Origin: Alphaproteobacteria bacterium
Lineage (GTDB): Bacteria; Pseudomonadota; Alphaproteobacteria; SMXP01
Length of the DNA: 51,996 nt
Direction: 5' to 3'
Assembly (NCBI GenBank): GCA_021774915.1
Contig: JAJFIO010000033.1
Span: 1 to 51,996 of the forward strand
The notes beneath the pieces were generated by a model. The model was given only the letters and a program-made list of their open reading frames with translations, did not search any database and was not told the DNA's origin. Shown piece by piece: positions 26,413-35,240 of the stretch. How positions within the stretch are numbered: the first letter of the stretch is position 1; each line of letters begins with the position of its first letter. A program made the translations under genes and the position numbers.

Positions 26413-27681
26413 TCAAATGGCCATGGGTTGCCGGGAGAGTCCCCAAATGTTGGTCAGGAAATACAGTCCCATCCAGGATAGTGCGATGCCACCGGCGGTC
26501 AAAAGCGCAGCATCAAGGGGGCCTAGGATACGCGTGAGATAGCCGATCAGCAGGGCGCCCAGCGGGCCACCTCCCAAAAACCCAAGCTGAAAGACCGACA
26601 TGATGCGGGCGCGATGGCTTTCTATGGCCAGTTCCTGCACAATCGTGCGGCTGGTGCTCATGGTGATGCCCGCTGTGGTCCCCCAGAAGAAAATCAGAAG
26701 ATAAAGTCCCCAGAGCGGCGGGTGGAAGTGAATGAGTGTGAGAACCAAGGCGCCGTTGGCAAAGGTGATCATCATGGCGCGGCCCTGGCGATGAATCGTG
26801 AAGAAGCGCCCGATCAAGGTGGTGGAAATCGTGATTCCCACCGTGAAGCATATCATAATGATCGAATAGTCGCCGATGTCCCCCTGATACACATCGCGGA
26901 TGAGGATCTGAAGCAGCACAAAAAGTATGCCCATGACAAAGATGCCGCCGAGGAACATCAGAAGAATGACGGAGGCCATCCGCTCGGAGCGGCGCACCTC
27001 CACCAATCCCTCTTTGATCTCCCGAAGATTCCTCTGCCATCTTTTTTCGCCTGAATTTCTGCTTTCATCTTTTGCAGGGACACCGGGCGGCGCAGAGCGT
27101 AAATTAGTGGAACAAAAGGCCGCAACGAAAAGAGAGAAAACCACACCCACCAGCATCAGCCCGGCGCCCGCCATTGAGACCAATCGACCGATCGCGATGC
27201 CAATGACCTGCATGCCGAACTGGACACCGGTCGTGTAGGAGACAGCTTGTCCGATATCGCCGCTTGGGCTGCGCCGGGCCACTCGGTTGAGAAGGGAATC
27301 ACGAGCCGGCATGACAAAGGCGCCAATGCCGCCGCTGGCAACATTGCACAGGATCAGGAGAGGAAAAGTCAGAGTCTGGGTAAAAACCAGAGCGGCGAGC
27401 GCTGCGATCGGCACTGCCGCCAGAATCTGCAATCGGATAAGGTACATCCGTAATTCGCGCCGGTCCGCTGTCATGCCGCCAAACAGCACAAGGCCGAACA
27501 TGGGAAGCATGGAAAACATCTGAGCCAGACCCACCATATCGGCGGGCTTATTGAGAACAAAGGTCACCAGATAGGGATAGACCACTGACTGGATGCCCAT
27601 GGCGAAAAAATAAGTGCCATGGCCGCTCATATACCAGAGAAATTCTGTCCACTTGGGCGTAGAGGAAGGGGGATTAGTCAT
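26413..27681 (-). CDS. MFS transporter
   Basis: 422 aa with about 12 TM segments and the MFS-like loop GGMTADRRELR between TM2 and TM3. Confidence 0.75.
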   Translation of the reverse strand: MTNPPSSTPKWTEFLWYMSGHGTYFFAMGIQSVVYPYLVTFVLNKPADMVGLAQMFSMLPMFGLVLFGGMTADRRELRMYLIRLQILAAVPIAALAALVFTQTLTFPLLILCNVASGGIGAFVMPARDSLLNRVARRSPSGDIGQAVSYTTGVQFGMQVIGIAIGRLVSMAGAGLMLVGVVFSLFVAAFCSTNLRSAPPGVPAKDESRNSGEKRWQRNLREIKEGLVEVRRSERMASVILLMFLGGIFVMGILFVLLQILIRDVYQGDIGDYSIIMICFTVGITISTTLIGRFFTIHRQGRAMMITFANGALVLTLIHFHPPLWGLYLLIFFWGTTAGITMSTSRTIVQELAIESHRARIMSVFQLGFLGGGPLGALLIGYLTRILGPLDAALLTAGGIALSWMGLYFLTNIWGLSRQPMAI

Positions 27682-27748
27682 GGCCCTTGGTACGCCACTT
27701 TAGGGTTGGTTGTCACCTCCGGACATTCACTAGGACTTGGGTTTTAGG

Positions 27749-28060
27749 TCAGCCTGAAAGTTCATCCCACCAAGTGGAGAGGTCGTCCATCCAGATAGTT
27801 CCCAGCTCCTGCGCACAATCACGTGTAGAGTATTGAACGGTAAGAGCGCGAAACAGTCCCTCCAAAGTCGGGTTCTCCTGGTTGGTGGATGAACTGCCGC
27901 CGCCTAATATCTCGCTGACGCTGGCCATGGTGTCATCGCTTTTCTGTTTTGCCAGTATTCGGCAAGGGTCTGCTGTATCGTAAAGGAGAATAGAAATCCC
28001 CGCGGCAAGGCCGATGAGGATCACGGCATAAAATACAAAATTGCGTATCAAGTTATACAT
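27749..28060 (-). CDS. Hypothetical small membrane-anchored protein
   Basis: 103 aa with one N-terminal TM segment (FVFYAVILIGLAAGISILLY). No recognisable family. Confidence 0.4.
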   Translation of the reverse strand: MYNLIRNFVFYAVILIGLAAGISILLYDTADPCRILAKQKSDDTMASVSEILGGGSSSTNQENPTLEGLFRALTVQYSTRDCAQELGTIWMDDLSTWWDELSG

Positions 28061-28132
28061 GGCTTGATCGAAAAGTTGTTCCCATCACAAGGGGCGGGGA
28101 TATCATCAAAGATAGTGTTTAAAAACTCCAGG

Positions 28133-28498
28133 TTAAAGAGGTCCGTTCGTATGCCAACGGTCTTCACCACCAAAAATTTCCGTATCACGGCCTGCTGTTC
28201 CACCACACGATGTGTATCCTTCATTCCACCCGGCTTTATAGGATTCATCTTGTTCGTACAGCTCGTCATTGCGTTTTACCGTGTCTTTGAATCCAGCAAC
28301 GCGCCCATTGCCGGTGGCGCAGCCATCATTATACCCCGCGCGAAATGTAGGAGCCTCACGAAGGGCGGGATCAATCTGAGTACTGCATCCACTTAAAAAC
28401 AAAAACCCCAATAAACCAAGGAAAAGAAAACCTTTTGAACTCAACCACTGAACGATCACGTCGCCCCTCCTCTTAAAAATCCCCATAAACATGAACAT
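28133..28498 (-). CDS. Hypothetical lipoprotein
   Basis: Lipobox FLSGC. The mature part has duplicated G(Y/W)N(D/E)G motifs (AGYNDGCATG, AGWNEGYTSCGG). Confidence 0.5.
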   Translation of the reverse strand: MFMFMGIFKRRGDVIVQWLSSKGFLFLGLLGFLFLSGCSTQIDPALREAPTFRAGYNDGCATGNGRVAGFKDTVKRNDELYEQDESYKAGWNEGYTSCGGTAGRDTEIFGGEDRWHTNGPL

Positions 28499-28704
28499 TG
28501 ATACCCCACAAGACCCATCTCAGCAGAGTATAGGGGTAAGCGTCCAACGCCAATAGGGTTAAGGATATAATTTGATAGAAATTTGGCGAAATTCTATGCT
28601 TTATATCTAGCTTAATCTTAAATGCCAACTGGTCTTATGACCTCAGAGCCTGAGAAATTCGGGCCGAATGGTGAGCATTGCCGCGCTGCCAAACTAACTA
28701 TGAA

Positions 28705-29949
28705 ATGGCCATGGGTGAGGAAAAACTGAACAAAGCGCATCATACACCTCCTGAGTTGAGACAAACCGAGACTCGTCCGGTGGCTGAAATTATCCAGTTG
28801 GAAACGGCTGAGACGATGAATCACGAGTTGCTTGCTGATGAGCTGCAATCGACATTTGCTTTGGCGGAAGCCCTTGCCTGCACCAAGGTGGAGCATCCGC
28901 GTGTTGTCCTTGTCAAGCGGTTGTCCGATCTTCTGCTGTTGTCGACCGATCAGGTTATGCCCTCCGAACGCGCGCTGATCGACGAGATTTTGGTGCGACT
29001 GATTGTCCATGTGGATGTTACTCTCAGAAAGCGGATTGCGCGCCGGATCTCGGGCATGACGGAACCTCCTGGAGCGCTGCTGGCAAAGTTAGCCCGGGAT
29101 GAAATAATTGTCGCCGAATCCATATTAGAAAACAATCTGGCTATTTCAGACTCCGACCTTATCGATATTGTGCGTAAGGGCAATGGTGAGCACAGACGTG
29201 TTATCGCTTCGCGTAAAGCTATCTCAAGTTCAGTGGCGGACGCTCTTGTGGAAATGTCTGAGGTGTCAGTCCTGGAAACCCTTCTGCGTAATGAGTGCGT
29301 ACATTTTTCTCTATCCGGAATGGAAAAGCTCGCACAACGTAGCCGGTATGTTCCTTCGTTGCAGCCATTAATTGTTGAGCGTGCGGCTTTGCATTCTACA
29401 CTGGCCTACACCATATTCTGGTGGTTACCTTCCGATCTGCGTTTGCGGGTATTATTTCGTTTCTCCGTTTCACGGAGAGTCTTGCAGCAGGCCATCGCCG
29501 ATGCCGTTGAGCAGGGGGAATTTGACCTTCGCTCGAATGACCCTCTGGAGCAGGAGGCGCTGCACTTTATTCTAGGAGGGCAGTATTCCGCACGGGGCCA
29601 GGCGGCTCATGTGTTTGAACACCTGAAAACCGGGAAAACTGATGAATTTTTATCCAGTTTTTCTATTGCTGCTGGAATTTCGCGGCAGACTGTTGTTAAA
29701 ATTTTACGTGATCCAGGCGGAGAAGCCCTGGCGGTTTTATGTAAGGCCGTGTCTCTAAAACGTCAGGAATTTGTGATGTTGGCGAGACTGTTGGAAAAAG
29801 CGAAACAAGCTACGGACCTCACCGAGGAGCGGGCCGAGTGTCTCGAATTGGTGTTTGATTCTCTTCCGACGGACAGTGCGGATTTGATATTGCGTCATTG
29901 GGACAAGCCTCGATTGCAGGGGCTCGCAGCGCCGACGAGCAATGATTAG
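28705..29949 (+). CDS. DUF2336-like protein (paralog 1); start uncertain (TTG 28678, ATG 28705 or 28711)
   Basis: The helical-repeat protein with core ERALIDEILVRLIVHVDVTLRKRIARRIS...FWWLPSDLR matches my recollection of the alphaproteobacterial DUF2336 family. It is clearly paralogous to the next gene. Confidence 0.6.
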   Translation: MAMGEEKLNKAHHTPPELRQTETRPVAEIIQLETAETMNHELLADELQSTFALAEALACTKVEHPRVVLVKRLSDLLLLSTDQVMPSERALIDEILVRLIVHVDVTLRKRIARRISGMTEPPGALLAKLARDEIIVAESILENNLAISDSDLIDIVRKGNGEHRRVIASRKAISSSVADALVEMSEVSVLETLLRNECVHFSLSGMEKLAQRSRYVPSLQPLIVERAALHSTLAYTIFWWLPSDLRLRVLFRFSVSRRVLQQAIADAVEQGEFDLRSNDPLEQEALHFILGGQYSARGQAAHVFEHLKTGKTDEFLSSFSIAAGISRQTVVKILRDPGGEALAVLCKAVSLKRQEFVMLARLLEKAKQATDLTEERAECLELVFDSLPTDSADLILRHWDKPRLQGLAAPTSND

Positions 29950-30153
29950 ACCACGTTCCGCTTTCATCGCGAAAAATAGGGCTAAACCTGACACTGCTTA
30001 TCGTTCCGCTAGAGTATGTTAGCGGCTGGCGCCAATCTGCAAAGACTTCCCCCTGTCATTGATGTGTTAAATAATTTAGCCTATGGAGGGACTGAATACA
30101 AATGGCCTGGCGCAGTGGGCTAGTCTGCGGCGTCTTGTGGAAAGAGACTATCA

Positions 30154-31263
30154 ATGACGCATCGTGAGGGGCAAAGCGGTCCGGTTGCAGAGCAGGAACT
30201 AATGCGCTTAAGGGCGCAGATTTCTCATGGCGATGCGGCGGCGAGACAGGCTCTGTTCGAAAAAATATCGGATCTTTTGCTCAGCGAATCCCATCAGGCT
30301 TCTGAAAGCGAGAACACCCTGATGGATGAGATATTGGTCGAGCTGATCGACCATATTGAGTTTGCTATCCGCAAGAAAGTAGCGGCGCGCTTAGCGGAAC
30401 AGGAGACCGCGCCGCACAAACTATTAAATTTTCTTATGCGTGATGATATTCGTATTGCGCGACCGATCCTGCTGAACGGTGTAGCGCCCACGGATGAGGA
30501 TCTTATTGGTGTGATCAGCGATACCACAAGTGATCACCGCCAGTCTATTGCCGGAAGAAAACAGGTTTCTGCAATTATCAGCGATGCTTTGGTTGGGTCC
30601 GGTGAGATTCAGGTCATTGTCACATTACTGGACAATCCCGGTGCGCATCTCTCTCCGGAGGCCACACAATCACTTGTGAACAGTTCACAAAACGTTGAAA
30701 CCATTCGAGCGCCTTTGCTGGCTCGTGATGAACTGAGTCCCTATCAGGCCCATTCCATGTTCTGGTGGGTGTCTTCAGCGCTGAGGGGCTCTATTCTGAA
30801 AAACTTCCAGATTGATGACGAAACTCTCGATCAAGCTTTGCAAGCGTCTGTAAATGAAGGCGTTAAGGAGGCGCTGGCCGATCAACATCTGGCATCAATG
30901 CTGAAAACAGTTGCGGCGGGTGGTGCACGCGCCTTGTCTGGTCTGATGGCCTATCTGAAAGGCAGCAGCAGCGCAAAACTGAATGCGAATTTTGCACATC
31001 TGATGGGTATCAGCGAGGGAACGGCAAACAAAATACTGAGTGATGCGGCCGGAGATGCCCTGGCGGTGTGCTGCAAGGCCATTGAGGCGGACCGGCAGCA
31101 ATTCACGCGTCTCTTTTTACTCATTGATTACAAGCGGTATGGGCAGAACAGGCCGATCGGCCATCTGGCGAATGTATCTGCATCATATGATGCGATCAGC
31201 AGCCAGGACGCCCGTAAGACGCTCTGCCTGTGGGAAGCACAGGAACTGGCTAAGGCTGCTTAA
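30154..31263 (+). CDS. DUF2336-like protein (paralog 2)
   Basis: ENTLMDEILVELIDHIEFAIRKKVAARLA...FWWVSSALR is collinear with the upstream paralog over most of its length. Confidence 0.6.
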   Translation: MTHREGQSGPVAEQELMRLRAQISHGDAAARQALFEKISDLLLSESHQASESENTLMDEILVELIDHIEFAIRKKVAARLAEQETAPHKLLNFLMRDDIRIARPILLNGVAPTDEDLIGVISDTTSDHRQSIAGRKQVSAIISDALVGSGEIQVIVTLLDNPGAHLSPEATQSLVNSSQNVETIRAPLLARDELSPYQAHSMFWWVSSALRGSILKNFQIDDETLDQALQASVNEGVKEALADQHLASMLKTVAAGGARALSGLMAYLKGSSSAKLNANFAHLMGISEGTANKILSDAAGDALAVCCKAIEADRQQFTRLFLLIDYKRYGQNRPIGHLANVSASYDAISSQDARKTLCLWEAQELAKAA

Positions 31264-31398
31264 TCTCTCCTGGCGGAGTTGAAATCAGGGTGTGGAAATA
31301 TGATGCTCTGAAGCGGTGTCAGGCGGAGCGTTCGATATTTTTCATCGCAACAAACACCAGTTTTTATATAGTGTTTCTCATTATTGCACAGTCTTTCG

Positions 31399-31410
31399 TT
31401 CAAATTTGAA
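31399..31410. promoter_or_regulatory. Perfect 12-bp palindrome TTCAAATTTGAA in the leader upstream of the ParF-like gene
   Basis: Read directly from the sequence. It lies in the AT-rich part of the 450-nt intergenic region. Confidence 0.3.
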
Positions 31411-31713
31411 TCTTCCTTTTTACAGGGCATTAAGACCTCCAATTTATTGTGGATAGTGACGTCGGCTGTGGACTGCGTACCGTGCTGCGGCTGGCGTCTC
31501 TTCGAAACGGCAAACCGCTGGAGACGGCGGGACGCAAAGCCACCGGCCCTAATTTTACATTAAATTTTAGGGCAGCGGAGCTACCGAAAGGAGACGTCAT
31601 TATGCACAATGCATATCTCTCACCTCCTAAAGCACGGACGAATATTTTTACTAGCCGCGATATGATTTGCGATGATGTCTGATGTGGGTTGAGTAATTGA
31701 GGGGTGAGTTCCA

Positions 31714-32454
31714 ATGCTACCGTCTATGCGCGTGATTGTATTCGCATCGCAAAAAGGTGGATCCGGAAAGACGACGCTGTCTGGCCATATGGCTGTCCAG
31801 GCTGAACTTGCGGGCGCCGGACCGATTGCATTGATCGATACGGATCCTCAAGGGTCTTTGTCTAAGTGGTGGAATGTGCGCGAAAGCGAGTCACCTTACT
31901 TTATCCAGTCTGTTTTCTCCAATTTGTTTCAGGATCTCGATCTGGCGCGCCGCGAAGGCTTTCGGTATGTCTTCATCGACACGCCTCCGGCCGTAACGCG
32001 GGCAATTTCAGAAGTCGTGAATTTTGCCGATATCGTCATCATTCCCACTCGGCCCAGTCCGCATGATCTTCGCGCGGTAGGCCCGACGGTGGATATCGTT
32101 GAATCTAAACATAAGCAGCTTGTTTTTGTCGTCAATGACGCCACACCGCGTGCACGGATTACGTCTGAAGCTGCCGTGGCTCTCTCGCAACATGGAACCG
32201 TGGCGCCGACGATTGTCCACAACCGTGTCGATTATGCCGGCAGCATGATCGATGGGCGCACCGTCATGGAAACAAATCCAGGCGGCCGTTCTGCGAAGGA
32301 GATGAAAGACCTGTGGAAATATATTCAGGAACGTTTGTATCGAATGGAAACTGTTCACGCGGGCTGGCTGGATGAGGACGGTAAGAGCGCACTGGAAGCC
32401 AATACAAATGCATTAGGGCGTAGGGCGCCATCCTTCGGCCGACGATTGCAATAA
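31714..32454 (+). CDS. ParA/MinD-superfamily ATPase, small ParF/VirC1-like (type Ib) form
   Basis: Deviant Walker A SQKGGSGKTT, DTDPQGS, and Walker B-like VFIDTPP. There is no N-terminal HTH extension. Motif order is collinear with plasmid ParF as I recall it. Confidence 0.8.
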   Translation: MLPSMRVIVFASQKGGSGKTTLSGHMAVQAELAGAGPIALIDTDPQGSLSKWWNVRESESPYFIQSVFSNLFQDLDLARREGFRYVFIDTPPAVTRAISEVVNFADIVIIPTRPSPHDLRAVGPTVDIVESKHKQLVFVVNDATPRARITSEAAVALSQHGTVAPTIVHNRVDYAGSMIDGRTVMETNPGGRSAKEMKDLWKYIQERLYRMETVHAGWLDEDGKSALEANTNALGRRAPSFGRRLQ

Positions 32455-32473
32455 GGAAGGGCAGTAGGAAAAA

Positions 32474-33058
32474 ATGTCAAAAGGTTCGTATACATCTCTC
32501 ACGGCTGGTTTGCTGGCGCGCAAGGGTGAGGCTGTACCCGCGACGACATCGTTCAATGGCGAGAGTATCATTTCAGCGCATCCTATCAGACGCCCTTTGG
32601 CGTCGACTGCGGCATCACCCTCTGCTAGCGCATGGGCTAATACAGGATTTGTGCTGGCTCAGGCAGAAAACCAAGAGCCGCACCTGGATAATCCTGAAGC
32701 AGCGTCACAGAGCTCATCACAATCGGATCAAGATCACCATCCTGCTCATACGACATCTACAGTTGACAGTCATCCTGAGGATTCACAGAGCGAAGATAAT
32801 TGCGAGCCATGTGTGCCGCTTGCCTCTCTCGCCACGGGTGAGGATAGTTTGGGACGGCGCTCGTCAGTGACCTTCCGGCTTGATGCGACGCGCTATCTGT
32901 GTCTGAAGATGGCGGCCGCCAAACTCGCTCGAACCAATCAAGATATCCTGACCGACGCTCTGGATATGTATCTTAAATCTCTCGCCGATGATGCACTGGG
33001 AGACTGCACGTGTCTGCAGCAACTGATCAAAGGGGATCCGCATGTAAATCATTCTTGA
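32474..33058 (+). CDS. ParG-like partner candidate: disordered acidic/His/Ser-rich protein with C-terminal ribbon-helix-helix
   Basis: It starts 19 nt after the ATPase gene, with an AGGAA RBS. The N-terminal peptide is SLTAGLLARKGEAVPA, followed by about 100 aa of low complexity (SQSSSQSDQDHHPAHTTSTVDSHPEDSQSED). The C-terminal VTFRLDATRYLCLKMAAAKLARTNQDILTDALDMYL has a beta-alpha-alpha RHH pattern. Confidence 0.55.
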   Translation: MSKGSYTSLTAGLLARKGEAVPATTSFNGESIISAHPIRRPLASTAASPSASAWANTGFVLAQAENQEPHLDNPEAASQSSSQSDQDHHPAHTTSTVDSHPEDSQSEDNCEPCVPLASLATGEDSLGRRSSVTFRLDATRYLCLKMAAAKLARTNQDILTDALDMYLKSLADDALGDCTCLQQLIKGDPHVNHS

Positions 33059-33386
33059 TGCGGGCTGTCTTTTCTGGGTTGTTTGTCCCCCACCACCCAT
33101 GAAGCATAGATGTCCCGCACTTCGCGCCGCCTCCAATGTTCAAAGTTCGACTTTTCTTTTGCCCCCCGATCGATAGTCAGACTGAGAACGCAAAGTGGGG
33201 GCGGCGCTTTTTTTCGCCAATTTGCACCGCGGGATCAGCGTGCCGCTCATTGGGCGGTGTCATCTTAAGGGTTACCGACGCCGCAGTTTTTCTATATCGT
33301 AGACAGCAAGGATGAAGTGGGGACTCTGCCTCAAATGGCAGGTGAACGTGGGGGCACGGGTGAGCGATAGCGATATTCAGCAAGAT

Positions 33387-34325
33387 ATGCCGTTTATAGA
33401 GCAGGCTCAGTTGGGTTCTTCTGCCCGGTGGCGCTATCTGATCTCGTTTCCTTTGATTTTTGCCCTGTGGTTAGTGTTCGTAAACATAATCTCGTTTATT
33501 GCTGGAATTGCGATCGGCTTTTATTGGGGGGGCGACGGTTCAGATATCATAGGCTACTTGTCCCAAGAATACCCCGACCAGGATTCAACGTGGTATGTCG
33601 TCCAGTATGTTCTGATGATGCTCTCGATCATTCTTTTTCTACCCGCAAATTTGTTGGTTGTCTCTTTGGTTCACAGACGCAAGTGGCGCACGCTGCTTCA
33701 TGTGGACAAGCGCATTAATTGGCGTGGATTTCGCACGTCACTTGCCGTGTCGCTCTTCTTGCTGTCGGCTTTAGTCACTGTGATCGTGATGGATGGCGAA
33801 GGCCAGTTCAGTCCAAGTTTCGACCTCAAGGTTTGGATTGTCGTCGTATTGTTGAGTTGCGTGCTGATACCGCTTCAGATTTTGGCTGAAGAAGTTTTCT
33901 TTCGCGGCTATCTGATGCAGGCGGTGGCCCACTTTACACCCAGTTTTTGGTGGCGTTGGTTGATTCCGGCTTTTGCCTTTGGCGCCCTGCACTTTTATAA
34001 TGATGGAGTCATGGAGGCCGGGCGGTGGGCGATGGTGTATTACATTTTCCTGTCGCTTTATTTAGGGCTGTTGGTTTTTCGGGGGGATGGCCTGGAATAT
34101 AGTGCGGGATTCCATTTGAGCACTAACATCATCGCAATATTGGTCATAACGACTCCCAATCTCTCTTTGGGGACACCAACTCTGATTGAGGCGCCGGACA
34201 GTGTCTGGGGCGCGCGTGAATTGTTATTCGGCCTGGGCTATTTCGCTCTGCATTATGCGCTGGTGTTTAGCTGGATGAGGCTGCGTCACGGGGAGCGGCC
34301 CCACTGGCGCAGGCAACCAGCCTAA
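33387..34325 (+). CDS. CPBP-family intramembrane glutamic endopeptidase (CAAX protease/Abi-like)
   Basis: Motifs EEVFFRGYL, FAFGALHF and GFHLSTN in a polytopic membrane protein. The ORF-track start at 33312 is also possible. Confidence 0.75.
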   Translation: MPFIEQAQLGSSARWRYLISFPLIFALWLVFVNIISFIAGIAIGFYWGGDGSDIIGYLSQEYPDQDSTWYVVQYVLMMLSIILFLPANLLVVSLVHRRKWRTLLHVDKRINWRGFRTSLAVSLFLLSALVTVIVMDGEGQFSPSFDLKVWIVVVLLSCVLIPLQILAEEVFFRGYLMQAVAHFTPSFWWRWLIPAFAFGALHFYNDGVMEAGRWAMVYYIFLSLYLGLLVFRGDGLEYSAGFHLSTNIIAILVITTPNLSLGTPTLIEAPDSVWGARELLFGLGYFALHYALVFSWMRLRHGERPHWRRQPA

Positions 34326-34434
34326 GGACGCATCAGCGCCGATTGGGGCTGGTCAAGCCACGCCAGTCATATTAAGAAATAGGCCTGATTTTTGGGTGAT
34401 GCGGCGATTCGCGCCTGGGTGAGGCTTTTTTATA

Positions 34435-34908
34435 ATGCGCACTTTTGGCCTGTTTATAGGCTTGGCTGTTCTCTGGCTCTTGCTCTCGGGCTATTTCCAC
34501 GAGCCATTGATCCTGTTCTTTGGATTTGTGTCCTGCCTGGTGACGGTCCTGCTGTCCCGGCGGATGAATGTTGTGGATTACGAATCCGTGCCATTTCACC
34601 TGGGTGTCAAGATCCTGAAATACTGGGCTTGGCTGGCCGGCGACGTCGCCAAGGCCAATATTGCGGTCACGCGGGCGGTTCTCTCGGATTTGTCCTCGGT
34701 GCGGCCGGAGATGTTCACCTATAAGGCCACAGTGAAGGGGGATCTGGCGCTCACCATTTTAGCGAACTCAATTACCCTGACACCCGGCACGGTGACGGTG
34801 AGTGTGGATGGCGATGAGTTGTTGATCCATGCTCTGACAAAACAGGCGGCGGACCCGCAAGCGATTGCTGCCATGGATCGTCATATTGCCGCATTGGGGG
34901 CGGACTGA
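34435..34908 (+). CDS. mrpE: Mrp/Mnh-type cation:proton antiporter subunit E
   Basis: 157 aa. The N-terminal LWLLLSG and central ITLTPGTV motifs are typical of MnhE. Confidence 0.8.
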   Translation: MRTFGLFIGLAVLWLLLSGYFHEPLILFFGFVSCLVTVLLSRRMNVVDYESVPFHLGVKILKYWAWLAGDVAKANIAVTRAVLSDLSSVRPEMFTYKATVKGDLALTILANSITLTPGTVTVSVDGDELLIHALTKQAADPQAIAAMDRHIAALGAD

Positions 34909-34912
34909 TCAA

Positions 34913-35236
34913 ATGGCCCTTTCAGTTGCGCTCATTGTATCGGCCGTCGCTATTTTTGTAGCCATGTTGATTGTGATGCTCCGGCTGTTTATCGGCCCCT
35001 CCCTTTATGACAGGGTCCTTGCGGTGAATTCTTTCGGGACAAAGACGGTTCTGCTGATTGCGGTTCTAAATTTTATCGGCGGGCGGCCTGAATTTCTTGA
35101 TATTGCTTTGCTCTACGCGTTGATCAACTTTGTGGGCACTATCGCCATCCTTAAATTCTTCCGGTATCGGAGTTTTCAGATGGCCATGAGTTCGGTGCGC
35201 GGCCGTGCAGGCATGCCAGTAGACAAGGAGGAATGA
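34913..35236 (+). CDS. mrpF: Mrp/Mnh-type antiporter subunit F
   Basis: 107 aa, 3 TM, GPSLYDRVLAVNSFGTK motif typical of MnhF. The ATG is 4 nt after the mrpE stop. Confidence 0.8.
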   Translation: MALSVALIVSAVAIFVAMLIVMLRLFIGPSLYDRVLAVNSFGTKTVLLIAVLNFIGGRPEFLDIALLYALINFVGTIAILKFFRYRSFQMAMSSVRGRAGMPVDKEE

Positions 35237-35240
35237 GTGA

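Noticed and set aside
28950-30527. Two 77-codon antisense ORFs (28950-29183 and 30294-30527) with similar peptides
   Set aside because: They lie at equivalent positions opposite the two DUF2336 paralogs. Their similarity is an echo of the sense-strand paralogy and not evidence of overlapping genes.
34392-34724. 110-codon ORF overlapping mrpE in another frame
   Set aside because: The mrpE frame has the family motifs and a typical TM pattern. The alternative frame is Ala/Gly/Arg-rich with no features.
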